Origin: Eledone cirrhosa
Taxonomy: Eukaryota
Reading direction: 5' to 3'
NCBI GenBank assembly: GCA_964016885.1
Contig: OZ024740.1
Span: 52,762,001-52,826,000 of the forward strand
Length of the DNA stretch: 64,000 nucleotides
Part shown: piece by piece, positions 23,046 to 38,003 of the stretch
How positions within the stretch are numbered: position 1 is the first letter of the stretch
Layout: every line of letters starts with the position of its first letter
The notes under the pieces: model-generated
What the model saw: the letters and a program-made list of their open reading frames with translations, nothing else
The model's database searches: none
Told to the model about the DNA's origin: nothing
Translations under genes and position numbers: made by a program

Positions 23046-26000
23046 TGTTCAGTGATTGCGTCTAACTAGTGACGAATTATAGTTGTTTGAAAATGATTAC
23101 GAGGCTTTTGATACTTGAAATAGTTCCTGTGTAGTATGATGTCTTTTGGAAGCGCCTGGCAGCCGCCTGAATGCGATAATTTATAAAAAATGATGAGTGG
23201 TATAATTTGTGTACCGCTTTAAGAATTAACCTGAGGATCACACGAATTTCGTTCTAACTAAAAAGATAGCGTGCTCATAATATAGCTACGACAGCTGAAG
23301 TCTGAACGCTGCCAACAACACTAGTTTGCGGCTGTGTCTAGCGTGTTCGATTAATGATATCTATACTGTAAATGTGAGCAGACCGTCGGATCAATCGTCA
23401 GCGGTAGATCGTCGGATTAATTGTCAAGAAAACCTGTTGGCGGTCACTTGACCTGCTAGAAATAGCAGCCAAAGTCTTTCAAATGATACCCTACTGTCTT
23501 AAAAATGGAAGGCCACATTGAATAATTTAGTACTAGATGCAGAGGAAATCTTGATAGTCACAGGTAATTATTCGGAGCTGGAGATAAACTACAACAATAA
23601 TAACAACAACAACAACAACAACAACATAACAGCGGAATTAAAGCCACAAGGAAATCTTTACGTGGTAGATCGACTTGTAAGAAATAGCAGTCAATTTCAA
23701 CCTGCATCTTACCATAATAAAAAACGACACATTAAACAATGTAATCGAATAAATTATCGTTGTAAAAAAGTATAGTGATGGCGTTCATGCTCTTGGTTAG
23801 AGTTGTGTCCGGTCATAGGTAACCTGTAGCTTCTAAAAAACAAAAACAAAAAAAAAACAAAAAAAAAAAACAAACAAAAACAAAACAAAAGCCTCCCAAA
23901 CAAAATACAAAAAAAAAAACTCCGAAACAAAATAAGATACAAAAAAATCAACAACAATAACATGTAAAAGGACGATCTAACGAGAGAGCAATTACATGTC
24001 ACTTGATTTGCTAGAAATAGCAGCCAAATCTCCTTTAAATCCCACTCTGTTCTCTTAAATAACAAAAGGGCCCAATTCCTAGACGTATTCAGTCTTTCCG
24101 ACTGAGTACTTCACAGCTGAAATATCTTTGGTCAGGAATCTTCGATCAGGGTTGACCTGAGGTGAAACAACAACAAAAACAACATATAAGTGGCTGAAAC
24201 AAGGATTTATCTTCTGTTAAACTCGCATAGTATTTCTAAGAGGTTATTTAAACTGAAAATAACATTACAACATACATATATATAGCATTCCTCCCTGCCT
24301 ACCACTGTCCACAACTGTCACAGCATGTGAGTTTCTGACTCGACTCAAACTTAATTATGGACAGTTAATATATTGTCTAATAAATAAGAGGGCATACTAA
24401 TGAGGACCGGCTTCTTTACATTAATTATCCATTTAATGATGGTAATTATTCTGTTTTCTCAAAACCCAAAACAACGTTGTCTAAGACTGTATTAGATTTT
24501 TGTGATACTAGTGATTTTTGTGATAGTAATTTTTAGACAGTAAATTACGGATGTATTAGACGAGAGTGATAATTGGAATCTGTGGCGTTCATGATACACC
24601 CAATATCATTAGCAACGCCAACGAAATGTTTCAGCTTCAACTCGGAAACTTACTCGTAATATATGTTCATTTTGGAAAGGAGTACAGTCAATTAGATTGA
24701 TTCCCATGAATACCATATCAGTATAAATCTCTTATTTGTAATCCCTTATTCTACTTTTAGTAAACACATATCACTATATTTTTGGACATGTACGTGGGTG
24801 CAAGCTTGACTGGATGATTAAAAACTTCGCCTTGTAATTACGAGGTTCTATGCTTTATCTCCACAACTTGGAATCTCGGGCAAGTGTATTTGTTATTGCC
24901 TAAGGTCGCCGAAAGTCTGTGAGTGAAATTGCGTAGAAGGAAACAGTGCGGAAGCCCGTAAGATTGATTGTAGCTGTAATTAAAAGGTCCAAACTAGTCA
25001 CATTGTCTCACACTGATTCTGCTTGTGAATTATGTTAAAAGTTTGCAAATTTGTAGAATATTCAGCCTAATATTCACAATAACGAGTATGATGTATAGTT
25101 GATTGAATAACTGAATGTTCATTTCGGAACCGACGGAAGGTCCAATGGGGGGGGGGGGGGGGGTTCTACACAGGGATCTGTCACAATTGGGGATATTTTC
25201 TTTTTTCCTAGACAGAGTTCTAGCGTAATTTGTCCATTCCATGAAACCAGCACTTGAAGATAATGAAATAGATACTCATCTATTAGCCATATCTTCCGCT
25301 GCTACTCACAGCGAAGATCTGTAGCATGAAATTACACTTACATACAGATAGGAGGTATGACGAACAAGTTTTAAGTTGTTTCAGGCATTGACCATGACAT
25401 AAAGAGCATCACTGGACACGAAATGCGAACTGTCGACCGCTTTGATTGGTTGTTTGACATGCTATCACCTCGAATAGTCGTGGCGTTCAAATACCGCAGC
25501 AAAAGACGTATATTCCACTATAGTGATTTTTACATACCATTTTAACCTCAAAATAAATGGATATTTCAGTGTCATCAGTACCACTATTATCACTATTTTC
25601 ACTATCATCATCATTACTACATTTATATAATCACTGAAGCAAACCCTTGTAACATTTTAATTTGCTAATCAATCATGAAATCAACTACACAATCATCTTA
25701 TTATGTAAAAACTTAATCAACCAAGTGGACGAACAAATAAGCAATAATGCTATTTCTCGTAGGCTTTAATTTTTCTGTATCCTATGAGATTAGTTTCGAG
25801 ATGAAGTGAATATAGAAAAAAGGGTAAAGAAAAGAAAAAAAAAGAAAGAAAAAAGAAAAGAAATCAAGAAATTATCATAATCATATATGTAAGTATGCCT
25901 GTATTGCTATGAGCATATACATTCGTATTTGAATGTAACTTCGTGTTAATATAAATAGCATATATATGTCAAGAGCTTAATGCATATACGTAATCTAGAC

Positions 26001-26752
26001 ATACAATTGCACACACATATCTATTTAAATATCAGGATTTATTCCTGCGGACTTAGGGGTGTGGGGAAAACTCTTCTTTAGCAGCAAACCCTTAGTTTTG
26101 CAATTTATCTGATTCCGACAACAATTATTTCTCGTCATGAGGGCAAAAAGAAAATTAGTAACGAACGTCGATCCAAGAGTCCTAAAACGAAAGGAATTAA
26201 GGTATAAAAATACTTTCATTTGATTTTTTTTAATAAACGCGTAATGGAAGCCGAGAAGAGATAGTGGTCATTTAGAATGTGGTGGTGACGCTACTACTGA
26301 TGTAGTAGTGTTAGTGTTAGTGGAGATGTGGCAGGGTGAGGTAGGTATTGTAATTTATTTCCACTTCTCTTAAAACCCGCCTGAGTGTCCAATATTCAAT
26401 TGTATTTGAATGTCCGGCCGTTGCCCCAAGATTCTTGTGAAACTAACATGATTACTTTTGACCCTCCTCCCAAAAATAGATTTTGATATTAATAGCTTCA
26501 CGCAGTTGCCTTTGGTAGGGAAGTCATTTAACATCTGTAGAAAAGTTCTTTTGTATGCATGACTCATTCATGAGGATTTTGTTTCATGGACAAATTATAG
26601 TGCAATTATTACTATGGTATAATTTCAAGTATAATAGAATTTTTATTAATATTTTACCCACAAAAAAGAATACGCACACACACACACACACACATATGTA
26701 TATTTCTCATCATCATCATCCCCATTACGTCTATTTTACACATACACACACA

Positions 26753-26874
<122 letters not shown>

Positions 26875-26875
26875 G

Positions 26876-27656
26876 CCAGAATTCTCTCTCCTCTTTCTGT
26901 TAAAACCGGCCGTAACCAGCCACTCATACTGACGTTAAGGTATTGTTCTCAAAATAAATAATATCAAAATCTCATAGATTCGATATTATGTGAGATATTT
27001 AAGATAAAGCCTTTACCACGAAAATACAATAGTATATTATAGAATAATGTAAATGCTAAAAGGTTAAATCAACTTAGCTTCAGACTAAATTTCAAAGATA
27101 TGTGTGATAGTCTATCGAATTGACCCAATTAACTCCACCCTACATCAGTAGGATGAAAGATAAGATCGATGCTGGCAGTAATTGAACTCGGAACGTAGAA
27201 TGACACTCATGCAATATAGTAGAATATCACTTAAGTAACGCACATCACTTAAGTATATATACATATTTTCTTATATATTGTCAAAGAGCAAGCTACAAGC
27301 TAAAAACAAACTAATTCAACAGTATGATCTCAATTTCTAGCGGGAGATATGACGCTTCACTTACATTTCAAACGCTTCTTACGATAGATGTAACTTTACC
27401 TTAAAAAGAACACTGGACTTAAAGCCTTGTAAAATATACATTTAAACCGGTCATACCCGACCAGAATTCTCTCATCTCTTTCTGTTAAAACCTGCTGTAA
27501 CTGGCCACTCATAGTGATGTTAAGGTATTTTTCTCAAAATAGATAATATCAAAATCTCATAGATTCGATATTATGTGAGATAATCATGTGAGATAAAGCC
27601 TTTACTGCGAAAATAAAATAGTAGATATAGAGTAATGTAAATGCTAAAGGGTTAAA
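26876..27656. repeat. Diverged ~190-bp direct duplication (about 26876-27066 and 27461-27656)
   Basis: CCAGAATTCTCTC...ATCTCATAGATTCGATATTATGTGAGATA...GTAAATGCTAAA shared. Confidence 0.85.
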
Positions 27657-28371
27657 GACCGCTGTATTTTTTGTACAACAACAAATAACTGACAGAATCC
27701 TATGCAATAGAAATAAAGAGCCATGCAGGGAGCTTTTGTAGAAATAACAGTCAAATTTACATCAAACCCAGCCTTAAAAAAGGAGTAGAAATATTGAACA
27801 ATGTAGTATGAGATATACAAAAGGTTATGATGGTTATGAATGGAAAACCTTTGATCATCGATCTGTTCGATCAAAGATGACCTGGGGCTATAAAACAAAA
27901 TAAGCTACTGAACAAAGAAGAATAAAGAAAATAGACCAATAAGAATCCTCCCACGCCAGCCTTCCTCAAAATTGGTAAAACATTGTATTTATTATAAATT
28001 ACAAAGCATAAAAAAATAAAAATAAAAGAAAGGATTAAACGCAGTAATATCAACAATTCTAATATAGGTCTTACCATATCAACGTTTACATTACTCACTT
28101 CAAATAACGACTACTCTAATACCAATCAAAGCTGTTTATGAAATACGTTTCTAAAGTCAATCATCAAAGCCATACAAGGAAGAAAGGAATGTAAAATAAA
28201 ATATATACTTTCTATCTAGACCATCGCTTCCCAACCTTTTACCATCACGACCCATTCTGACACACCTGTAATCTTCTACAACCATTTTAATTGGTTGGGT
28301 TTGAATTAGATTATTGGGTGAGTGAGGAAACGACCGAAGCTATGTCCATTCTATTCGATAAGCTTCCGTCC

Positions 28372-28439
<68 letters not shown>

Positions 28440-28804
28440 TTTTATATAGAAATCATCAGGGCTTCCAGATGATTTCTCCCGAATGAAACAGTTCTAGTCC
28501 TGTAGAAGCCATTTCTATATTAAATATTTATACTCTGCTATGTATTGAGTACCTTACTTACTGTGGTTACCCCGATTGAACCCGAGATAAACTTATATAA
28601 CGGGATCTTCTGAAACTGAGTTTCAGAAGATTCCGTTAAGGGTGAAAGCAGCGATTCTTTGCTTAAACTTTAATCTGTTATATTAATAAATATTTGGTCT
28701 ACGGTTCTTATATATATTATATATATTTATCCTTATCGAGCCCTCTTTGGATTTTAGTCTTCAAATTTATTATTATTACTATATATATATATATGTATAT
28801 ATAT

Positions 28805-29439
28805 GGCTTCTCTGTACACTTCTTCGGAAAGTATGTTTATTCCCTTTCAGAAACTAATTAGTTGGGAGTGAAATTTTAGTAAGTAAGTTAATTTTATAAT
28901 TTTCTTATTTTACGTCTCTCATATTATTGTTCTGCAACCGCATGCATTGAACCACAAAGTTACTAAGACAAAACCTATATATTTGCTAACATAAGTATGC
29001 ATCTGTGTGTATATATATGTTACTAGATATACTAATTCTTTATAATTATCTCCAAATTATTTGTCGAGCAAAATTGACCAAGACTGCTGCTATGGTAACA
29101 GTCAGGCTGCTGTCTTCTTAACAAACCACTTTCCACTGATTGACCTCGATGTCACGTAATTGATTCTTTTGAATTTGCCACCGACGCAGTAGGCAGTGAT
29201 TTTCTCAATGGCTAGGAATTTAGTCCACGCTTTGCTTTTTTCTATCCACTGAATTATTTTTGTATAAGTTCCCAGTGTCCACGTATTGCCTGGAAACTTA
29301 GCTGAGAATATACTTCCCTGATGACGAAAGGCTTCTCTGTACACTTCTTCGGAAAGTATGTTTATTCCCTTTCAGAAACTAATTAGTTGGGAGTGAAATT
29401 TTAGTAAGTAAGTTAATTTTATAATTTTCTTATTTTACG

Positions 29440-29449
<10 letters not shown>
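28805..29449. repeat. ~120-bp exact direct duplication (28805-28924 and 29331-29449) bounded by TA runs
   Basis: GGCTTCTCTGTACACTTCTTCGG...TTACGTCTCTCATAT occurs twice. Confidence 0.9.
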
Positions 29450-29519
<70 letters not shown>

Positions 29520-29705
29520 CCACTCTCAAGAGGCCAGCAATTACCCAGTGTATTACTGGTACTTTATTTTATCACCATAATAATAGTGAGATGCGTGGAC
29601 TGATGCTAATATGATTAAATCACTTAAGAGATTCAGACTCATAGATGTCCGGCTAAATCTACATAAGTGTGAGCCGTAACAACAAAAATAGTAAGCACAA
29701 CACCA

Positions 29706-29779
<74 letters not shown>

Positions 29780-29849
29780 GTCCTCCACCTCCTCCTCCGC
29801 CGTAGACGATATATTTGCTTCGTGTGTTTCAAGAGATGTTCTCAACCTT

Positions 29850-30440
29850 TCACAGCATTCGCGTAAATGTACCATTAATCCTGCTTTTGTTGATGTCCAA
29901 GACTCACATCCGTTGCTTTGAATAGCCTCATTTTCGTTGTTTTCTTGATCGGAGACACCCTAACCTTTGATACGGAGTTGAGAATCCCCATGCTTTGTCT
30001 ACTCTGGTCTCGACATCGTGTTCTGCGTTCATGAAACTGCCAAGGTATAAGAAGTCACCTACTTCCTCAATCACCGAACCGTCTACGCATGCATTTGTTT
30101 ATTTAATGTTGCATTGAGATGCATGAATTTTGTTTTCCCAGCATTCAAGAAGCGTCCAATGGACTGCCCTGCAGCCTCCATTCAGTGTAACACGCCATCA
30201 GATTCTTTACAGGTGTTTTCCAGGAGAGCTATGTCGACTGCATAAGCCAATTCAGGTAGAACTTCCTCCGGATGTCGGGTACTTTCTCGACTTTTCAGCG
30301 TTATACCGTCTAATGGTGCAACGGCATTACAACACAACACCTTGGTATGGCTTATTGTTGCTGACACAGAGGACACAGGGGATTTTCAAATTTTTCAGTA
30401 TTTCCATAAACCGGTTGGGTAGTACGAGCAAGCATTGAAA
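29850..30440 (-). pseudogene. Highly decayed LINE RT fragment (RTE-like)
   Basis: Minus strand DGSVIEEVGDFLYLG (RT terminal motif) at ~30040-30085; many stops. Confidence 0.55.
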
Positions 30441-30737
30441 ACGAGCAGATCGGCTTGACCACAGAAGGTGGAATTCAATTACTTACTGCAAACTAACGAA
30501 TCCTGAAGCAGTTTAATAGTACTTCTATTGCTTACAACGTTATGTCGCTCCTTCTCTGTTGTATACATATTTACAAGTATGTGGACTGGATCAAACATAC
30601 ACTGACAAGATACTTATCCTATAGTATTTTAATTATTTCTGCGGCATTCTATCAACTCAGCAGCCCGTGATATTATACATTAATTTGAAGTCTTCAATCA
30701 ATATAAAGTCAAATTTCATGCTTTTCTCAAAGAAATT

Positions 30738-30975
30738 GGGTGGCAGATTGGCAGAATCGGTAGAGCGGTGAACAAAATACCTTACGGTATTTAGTTATGT
30801 TCATTTACGTTCCAAGTTCAATTACAGCCAAGGTCAAATTTGCTTTTCATCCTTACTGGATAGATAAGAATAAGTATCGGCTTGCAATTACTGAAAGGGA
30901 TTAAACCGACTATTCCATTGAAGGAGGGGTCCCAGCATGAACTTAGCCTAATCACTGGAGCCAATAAAGTAATAA
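30738..30975 (+). mobile_element. Older, diverged S1-related SINE
   Basis: TGGCAGAATCGGTAGAG A-box region, GTTCAA B-box remnant, TTTGCTTTTCATCCTT core. Confidence 0.7.
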
Positions 30976-31117
30976 ATACAATAGGTAACATAGGTGAAAT
31001 ATCGAGAAACCACAAGGAGTTAACAACTTACTTTATGCTATATCAATTGAAACGTAAAGTGTCCAAAAGCGTTTAGTCTCGATTTGGTGAAAGACCAGAA
31101 CTTTCTGGTAGAACGAA

Positions 31118-31162
31118 ATAATTGTTTCTACTTTAGGCACAAGGCCAGCAATTACCCAGTAT
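31118..31162 (-). mobile_element. ~40-bp 3' stub of S1 SINE with 11-bp TSD
   Basis: AACGAAATAAT flanks both sides. Confidence 0.85.
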
Positions 31163-31511
31163 AACGAAATAATGTTAAATTAACGTACAGCGTTCATACA
31201 ATTTCCAAGAACCCCCGTAATGTATGTGAAGTGCTCTGGTTTCAACTGTGAAACGAAACTAGTAAGCATGGGTTCGGATCCTTGAGAATTTTCCTCTACC
31301 TTTGAAGCAATTGCCACAGAACATTTAATATTATATCATGCTGGATGTCTATAACCAAGTTTAAAATTATGACTAATTGATATTCTGCTAATTAGTTACA
31401 ATCACAAATATTCCACAAAATTAAACCAACAATCTAATTAGATTGACACAAGCTGAATATCAATAATAATGACGACAATGAAGGCAACGACAGCAGCAGA
31501 AACAGCAGCAA

Positions 31512-31568
<57 letters not shown>

Positions 31569-32148
31569 CAATAATAATAAAAAACAACAACAACAACAAT
31601 GATAATAATACTGTTATAGATTAATAGATTAACCATTACCTAGTTAATCGACGGTGTGGAACACTTCTGACAAAGGTTTTATTTTACTAGTTTTGGTGAA
31701 AAGCAATTGACAAGGCATTTACCAGTTATACCAATAGGACCTCAAAATAATAGAATAAAGAGATAGATAGATTGATAGATATAGAAGGAAAGGGTGGGTG
31801 GGAGTGAGAAATCAAAATTGCAAATAGAGTGTTGTGTATACCTTTAAGCTTCGCTGGTGTTTGCAAATCTTTATTAATGTCGGTTGGGTGAGCAGGATAC
31901 GCCAGCAGCCGATACAAGTTTGTCAAAGCTGACTGATAACTAGAAGAAGCATTATACAAACGATGTTTCTAACACATGACTGCAGATTGAGAAGAAGCTA
32001 ATCAGTGGGTTCGTTTTCTTCCAGTTTTGCGTTCAGGGAACGATTCTTGTGAAGGAAAGTAGAAATTATACAATTCCCGTAGACTGGAAGGCATAAGGTC
32101 TTGTCTCGATGTTTGGAAATAAGAGAGCGCGTGAGAGTCCGAGAAAAT

Positions 32149-32196
<48 letters not shown>

Positions 32197-32244
32197 GGAG
32201 AGAGAGAGAGAGAGAGGGAGAGAGAGAGAGAGAGAGAGATATAG

Positions 32245-32275
<31 letters not shown>

Positions 32276-34384
32276 TAAGAGAAAAGAAAGAAAAGAGGTG
32301 AGAGGGATGGGTAAGATAGGAAATGGGGAACTTGTTTGGTGAATTCTTTCCCGAGTGGCTGGTGAATATATCGTGAAAGTGCAAGCCTAAAGGACAAGTT
32401 TTTGTGATTTCGGTTCTTTATCAGACCTTTCTATAGAAAGTAATTATGGAATATATCGGCCGAGAGGAAGAAATGAAAACCAGCATTATGTATTGGAATG
32501 AAACCAGCAATATATAAACTTATATCTAGTAACGAAAACCCGTTTCAGATTTAGTTTTAGACCAGAGTTCTTGGTGCAGATTAACTAATAATAATCCTTT
32601 AACTAACCTATTTAAAATAATCGTATTTATATAATTTATTTCTTATTACGAATAATTTACAACTTTGTCAGAATTATATCTCAGTCATTTCGAAAATTTC
32701 CATAAAATAATTTTATAGATACTAAAATGATATATATAAAAAGAGACAAAAAGTAAAAGTAAAAACATGGAAGAATATATAAAATGGATTTGGGCAATAT
32801 GAATTTGGTAATAGAAAAAATGCAATTTGTTTTAATATTTAAAGAGTATGGCAAGTTGTTCTTCGCATTTTGACAATGGATTAGGAAGGGGACTATTTCT
32901 GTGGAATCCAGCTTACAAGAATTTTTATGTTCCTCCCCGCTCCCTCTTAGCTTTGCCCATTGGGTTCTTCATACGAACAAGTTAGCCACATTGTCACTGT
33001 GCAATGTTGTTTTCCTAATTGCTAACACCATTAAGTTTATAATGCTCTCGTCTCTTCGAGCCATCTTTCTACCTTAAAGCAACCCAAACTGCTTTTTGTT
33101 GAGCTCAGTACTTCCTTAATTTCAGTGGACCGCCGATGAAACCCCGATTACTGAGTTACTAATTAATAAAAACGAATTTATATCTCAGTCATGATAGAAT
33201 GATGATGTTGGCTGGCGGACATATTGAATGATTCCATTAAACCAGCATATAGATCATCTTGCCAACAGTGTAGTTGTCATTGGCTTTACTCATTCTAATT
33301 ATCTCCAACGTGAGACATCAGCAAAGGTTATTTTCCTCGCAGAAGTGAAAAGGATACATATGGAACTATTGAGAAATTCGGGAAAAATTAAAGGAAACAA
33401 AGAGTTATTTACAAGCAGCAAATATGAAACTTATACCCTATATAAGGTTATAAACTAATTAGAAAAAATAGTTGAAGATGCTGAACATCAACATCCCATC
33501 TTTCATTGCCAAAGGTCATCGATATAATTTATTCGTAACAAGACATTTTCTCATTCCTTTTAAAAGGAGTGCAAATATATCTTAGTAAACTAGAGCTGAA
33601 AATATCCCGTTTATACTCCTTCGGCAAGAACGATGTCACTGACTCAACGTTACTCAACTTAAATGATATATTAAATTTGCAGTTAAATATCTGACTTGCT
33701 TTAGGTTTATTTTAATCTAATTTTTGTTACTACCTTTTCGTAAGCTAAGTCAAGTTCGATGAAGTTTGCTCACATGATCTTTGCATTAATTATCTGGCGT
33801 TGAAGTTTTGCTTGTTTTAGTTATGGCAATTACGATTTCTTACTCAAAATAAACATAGCATACAGTTAGAAATAACAAGAAGGAAGACAATATGATGACC
33901 TTCATGCCTTTCTGAAAAGTATGAAAAGCTTAAATAGCGAAGTGAACTGGCTTTAAACTTGGGCGGAGTGGATTGTTTCTTGTAATATTACACAGCATTT
34001 GTCACAAAACCATAGAAATATTTACTTTTTGATAAGGAACAATGCTTCGGGTTTACAGAAGAGGAAAAATAATATCGCGTGATATTACCTTCATAAATTC
34101 TATAGCCTCCATTCGGCCTGTAATGGAAAAATAGTTCAATAATTTGACCCACCGTTGGAGTCTTTCACAAGTTTACAATGCTAACTTAGTAATAAAAATA
34201 ACATAATCTGTAGTATATAGAGCAGTATATATCATTGGGATATCGTGGAATATAGTACAAGAGTTGTTGTTGCTACGGCTTGCAAAGGTTTAGTCAATCT
34301 CCAATAAGAATCTCATTGGAGTCTCGATAAACTTAGCAGAAAGGATATAGTCCGATGCTCTAATAGTTCATTTTTCAACCAATA

Positions 34385-34533
34385 CACCACTCTCTACTGG
34401 TATTTTATTTATCGACTCCGAAAGGACGACAAGCAAAGTTGATCTCGGCAGAATTTGAACTCAAAACCTAGATAACTGGAACAAGTACTGCAAGGTATTT
34501 AATCTGATATTCTAAAACCTCTGCCAATTCCCC
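34385..34533 (-). mobile_element. Older S1-related SINE
   Basis: TACTGGTATTTTATTTATCGACTCCGAAAGGA...GAATTTGAACTCA...CTGCCAAT. Confidence 0.75.
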
Positions 34534-35328
34534 AGCTTTTATATCATTATCGCAATAAACTAATTCATATATTATCAACCGGCATTTCCATAGGCTTGTT
34601 ATTTAGCCTCAGATAGTCCTTGATTGAGCTGACCTGTAATGAAAGATATTCTAGTCATGATCACCCTGTCATTTTCTTTTATACATAATGCACACTGGGA
34701 TACAGTATGTGTCGTTTTCTTAAAAAAAAAAATTGGTTGTGGTTTCAGGGAGATGTTTGTTATTTATAGCAGGTCATTTGAATGACATCTAGCAGCTCAA
34801 TTCCACGTAATACACTCCATTAAAACTGGACAACCTTTTGAGAATTTATGGCAACAATTCCACTATATATGAAGGTAGATATCTAGTTAGGTTAATGGGA
34901 TGCAGTGTCAGATTTCCCTTTTAGAGACTTCACCAGCTCGAATAACCACACAGAGGCTCCCTCAAATGTTGTCATTTCTGATTGAGCAGATTGTATTTTT
35001 ATATGATTGAACCCATAACTCTTGGTAGAGTCGCAGTCGTAGGGGCACCGTAGTGGAACCTATGTGTGTGTGACTCCTGTTATTCCCACCCTGCATCACG
35101 TTTGTTTCCCTACACTATAACCATAGTAATCCTTATCATTATCTTACCCATTTATTTTATTAATCAACATATATTTCCTTTCCTCGATACCCCATTCATA
35201 TTTATTCATATGTTCAGTCTGGTAGTCCGATCACACAATTCTTACCCCTAATATGTGCGGGCGTTCTTTTTGTTATAAATATCACTGTAGTTGTGACTGA
35301 CTATCGTTGTGGTTGTTACAAACATTAT

Positions 35329-35717
35329 TTGGATTGGCAGTGTCGGTAGAGAGTCAGACGCCAATTTTGCAGTAGCGAGTTAAGGCCCTTTACGGTCTGA
35401 GTTAAAATCCCACGGAGGTTAACTTTGCCTTTCATCCTTACGGGGTCAATAAAATAAAGTACCAGTAATGCAGTGGATAATTGCTGGCCTTGTGCCAAAA
35501 GTAGAAACAATTATTATTACGAGAAGGGCGGTGATAGGCAGTATCGGTAGAGCGTCGGACGCCATGCTTTGACGCATAGAGTTACGGCCCTTGCCATTCT
35601 GAGTTCAAATCCCGCCGAGGTTAACTTTGCCTTTCATTACGGGGTCGATAAAATAAAGTACCAGTAATGCACTGGTGATGCTGGCCTTGTGCCAAAAAAT
35701 AGAAACAATTATTATTA
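35329..35717 (+). mobile_element. Two tandem S1 SINEs (about 35329-35519 and 35527-35717)
   Basis: Both have A/B boxes and core; second flanked by ATTATTATTACGAGAA duplication. Confidence 0.92.
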
Positions 35718-36066
35718 CGAGAATCTGTTTATGACGACCAGTACCACCACAGTGGTGGCTATCATTGTAGTCGTTATCGTGGCCGAAATCATTACTAATG
35801 TGATTGCTGTTGTTGTCACGGCTGCTTAGCTTCGGTGGTAGTTGTTTTGGCTGGCTAGTGTTGTATTTGTTGTCATTAATCGTATATTATTATTACTGCT
35901 GCTACAGTGACTGATGTAGACGATGTGGTCAGTGCTGTTGTTGTTGTTGCTGCTGTTGTCTCGACTGTAGCTGTCATCACACTAGTTATATCGCCCACCC
36001 TCAAAATCCCTTTTATTACTCCCTCTATCAAACAAAATTTAGCTACACATAGACTAGTGTCTAGAT

Positions 36067-36350
36067 CAGGCATGGGCAACCTTTTTCGAGAAGGGGGCCG
36101 CATGAAATATGGCTCATCATCAGGCCGGCGGAAAGCACTAATTTACATTCGTGCGCACATTAAAAAAAAGGGCAGTAACTCAGATTGTTTTGATTTGTTT
36201 CTTCAGAATTTGCTGTTTTCCTCGATCGTAAAAATGGTAGAAAGATAAATTACGACTGAAAAGTTGGAGTAAAAAAAATCAGAAAGATTTCACTTAAGTG
36301 ACTTAGGCGAGCCATTCAGAAGCTTCGCGGGCCGCAGGTGCCCATGACTG
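36067..36350. mobile_element. hAT (Charlie-type) MITE, 284 bp
   Basis: Imperfect TIRs CAGGCATGGGCAACCT / AGGTGCCCATGACTG; 8-bp TSD GTCTAGAT / ATCTAGAT matching the NTCTAGAN Charlie target. Confidence 0.88.
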
Positions 36351-36746
36351 ATCTAGATATTCCTTTGATAATTTACGACCACAAATCTGTGGTAGGTCGC
36401 TCCACAAATTGTAAACTCAACGGCTGAGAGGACCTTTTAGGAATTTATATGTCAGCCGGGCACACGAGAAGAAGGACGTGGTTTTTGCGTGCGGCATATC
36501 ACAAAATCGGATTTTCATTTGAAAATACCGTTCTCATAACAACAACAAATGCATAAATTACATCATGGATTGCATAAGGGAACCGCTGAAATAATTATTA
36601 TGAATAAACGATTTATGTAACATCAGCATTTTTCTTAATGTTATTCTTATACTGAATCTCTATCGTAACTAGAAGCTACGATTGTAGAGAGCTTTCTCCT
36701 GCTTACTCCTGTTTTTACCAAAATAATTTCTACTGAACACACACAA

Positions 36747-36830
<84 letters not shown>

Positions 36831-37916
36831 GAAAATACAGGAGAGTATGTTTTCATTTACAGGATTTTAAACCACCAGCGTGAAGAGAATATAAGCTAAG
36901 AGAGGTGTAGGAGAAACATAAATAATTAAAAGGATAAATTAAAATGAAAAACCAACCTCATAACTAAACCACACATGTACAAACTCACTAAGAGATTGTT
37001 TCACCGTATAAGTGGGTTCAAATTCAGCTTTGTGGATCCTCAGCATGTGCTCAAGCTGATATTGTCTCCACTACTAAAGATAACTATAGTAACTGACCTG
37101 TAGCACGTGTGAATAGAAGGGAAATAAGTGCGCGAGGCAGTGACCGGTGTTATGAACAGAACAAATATAATAGGTATAAATCGATGTTGCAGCCTCAGTG
37201 TAACAGATGCCAATCGAATTGTTTGAGGCAGTCACAAAGCACTCAGTGGTGCAAAAGGTTAATAGATTTTCGTCCAGAGTAAACAGAAAGATAAGAAAGT
37301 GTGACACCAAGAAAAGCGACTAAATGTATGTGACCATATTCACACCACAACGACGATAAATACAAACAAGTCGTAGACTAGCATGGACCATCTCGAGTAG
37401 TTAATAATCGATAGAAATCGATAAAAATCTTTGATAGGTTTCTGGGACTTAGGGAAGATGCACCACAAGTTGCATAATACATATGCAAGTCATATATGCA
37501 TTTTCACGATGGGATTGGAAGGTCCCTTCGTCGGCAGGCATTCGTTCCGTATTATCCAACATGGTTTGGTTTGGAGACAGGCAAATTTACTACTACGGTA
37601 GAATATTTCACTGTCATCACGGGACATTTTTTCAAAGGAGGAAGGTCAAGTGGCCCAACATATATATACTAGTTTAGTACACGTAAACAATGACGAGGTT
37701 TATAGTAAAACATTTCATTAAACAGTTCCTTGATTACAACATTCTATGTAAAGATATTTGAATCCTTGATATTATTGGACCTTCTCCCTCTTGTTAGTCC
37801 GGCCATCGCCGCATTTCATTTTATATTCATTAAAATCAATTGCAATAATTTCTTTCTATATTTTATTAAATAATTATCAAACATATATGCACTAAGTTAC
37901 GACTTTGTTATACCCG

Positions 37917-38002
<86 letters not shown>

Positions 38003-38003
<1 letters not shown>

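Noticed and set aside
28215-28290. Second hAT MITE (TCTAGAC-CATCGCTTCCCAACCTTTT)
   Set aside because: One TIR-like end only; no matching right TIR or TSD found.
29319-29340. CTGATGACGAAAG as a hammerhead
   Set aside because: No stem II between CUGAUGA and GAAA and no convincing stem I.
31740-32140. Host 5' UTR/promoter near the (GA)n tract
   Set aside because: Unique-looking sequence but no ORF or diagnostic motif.
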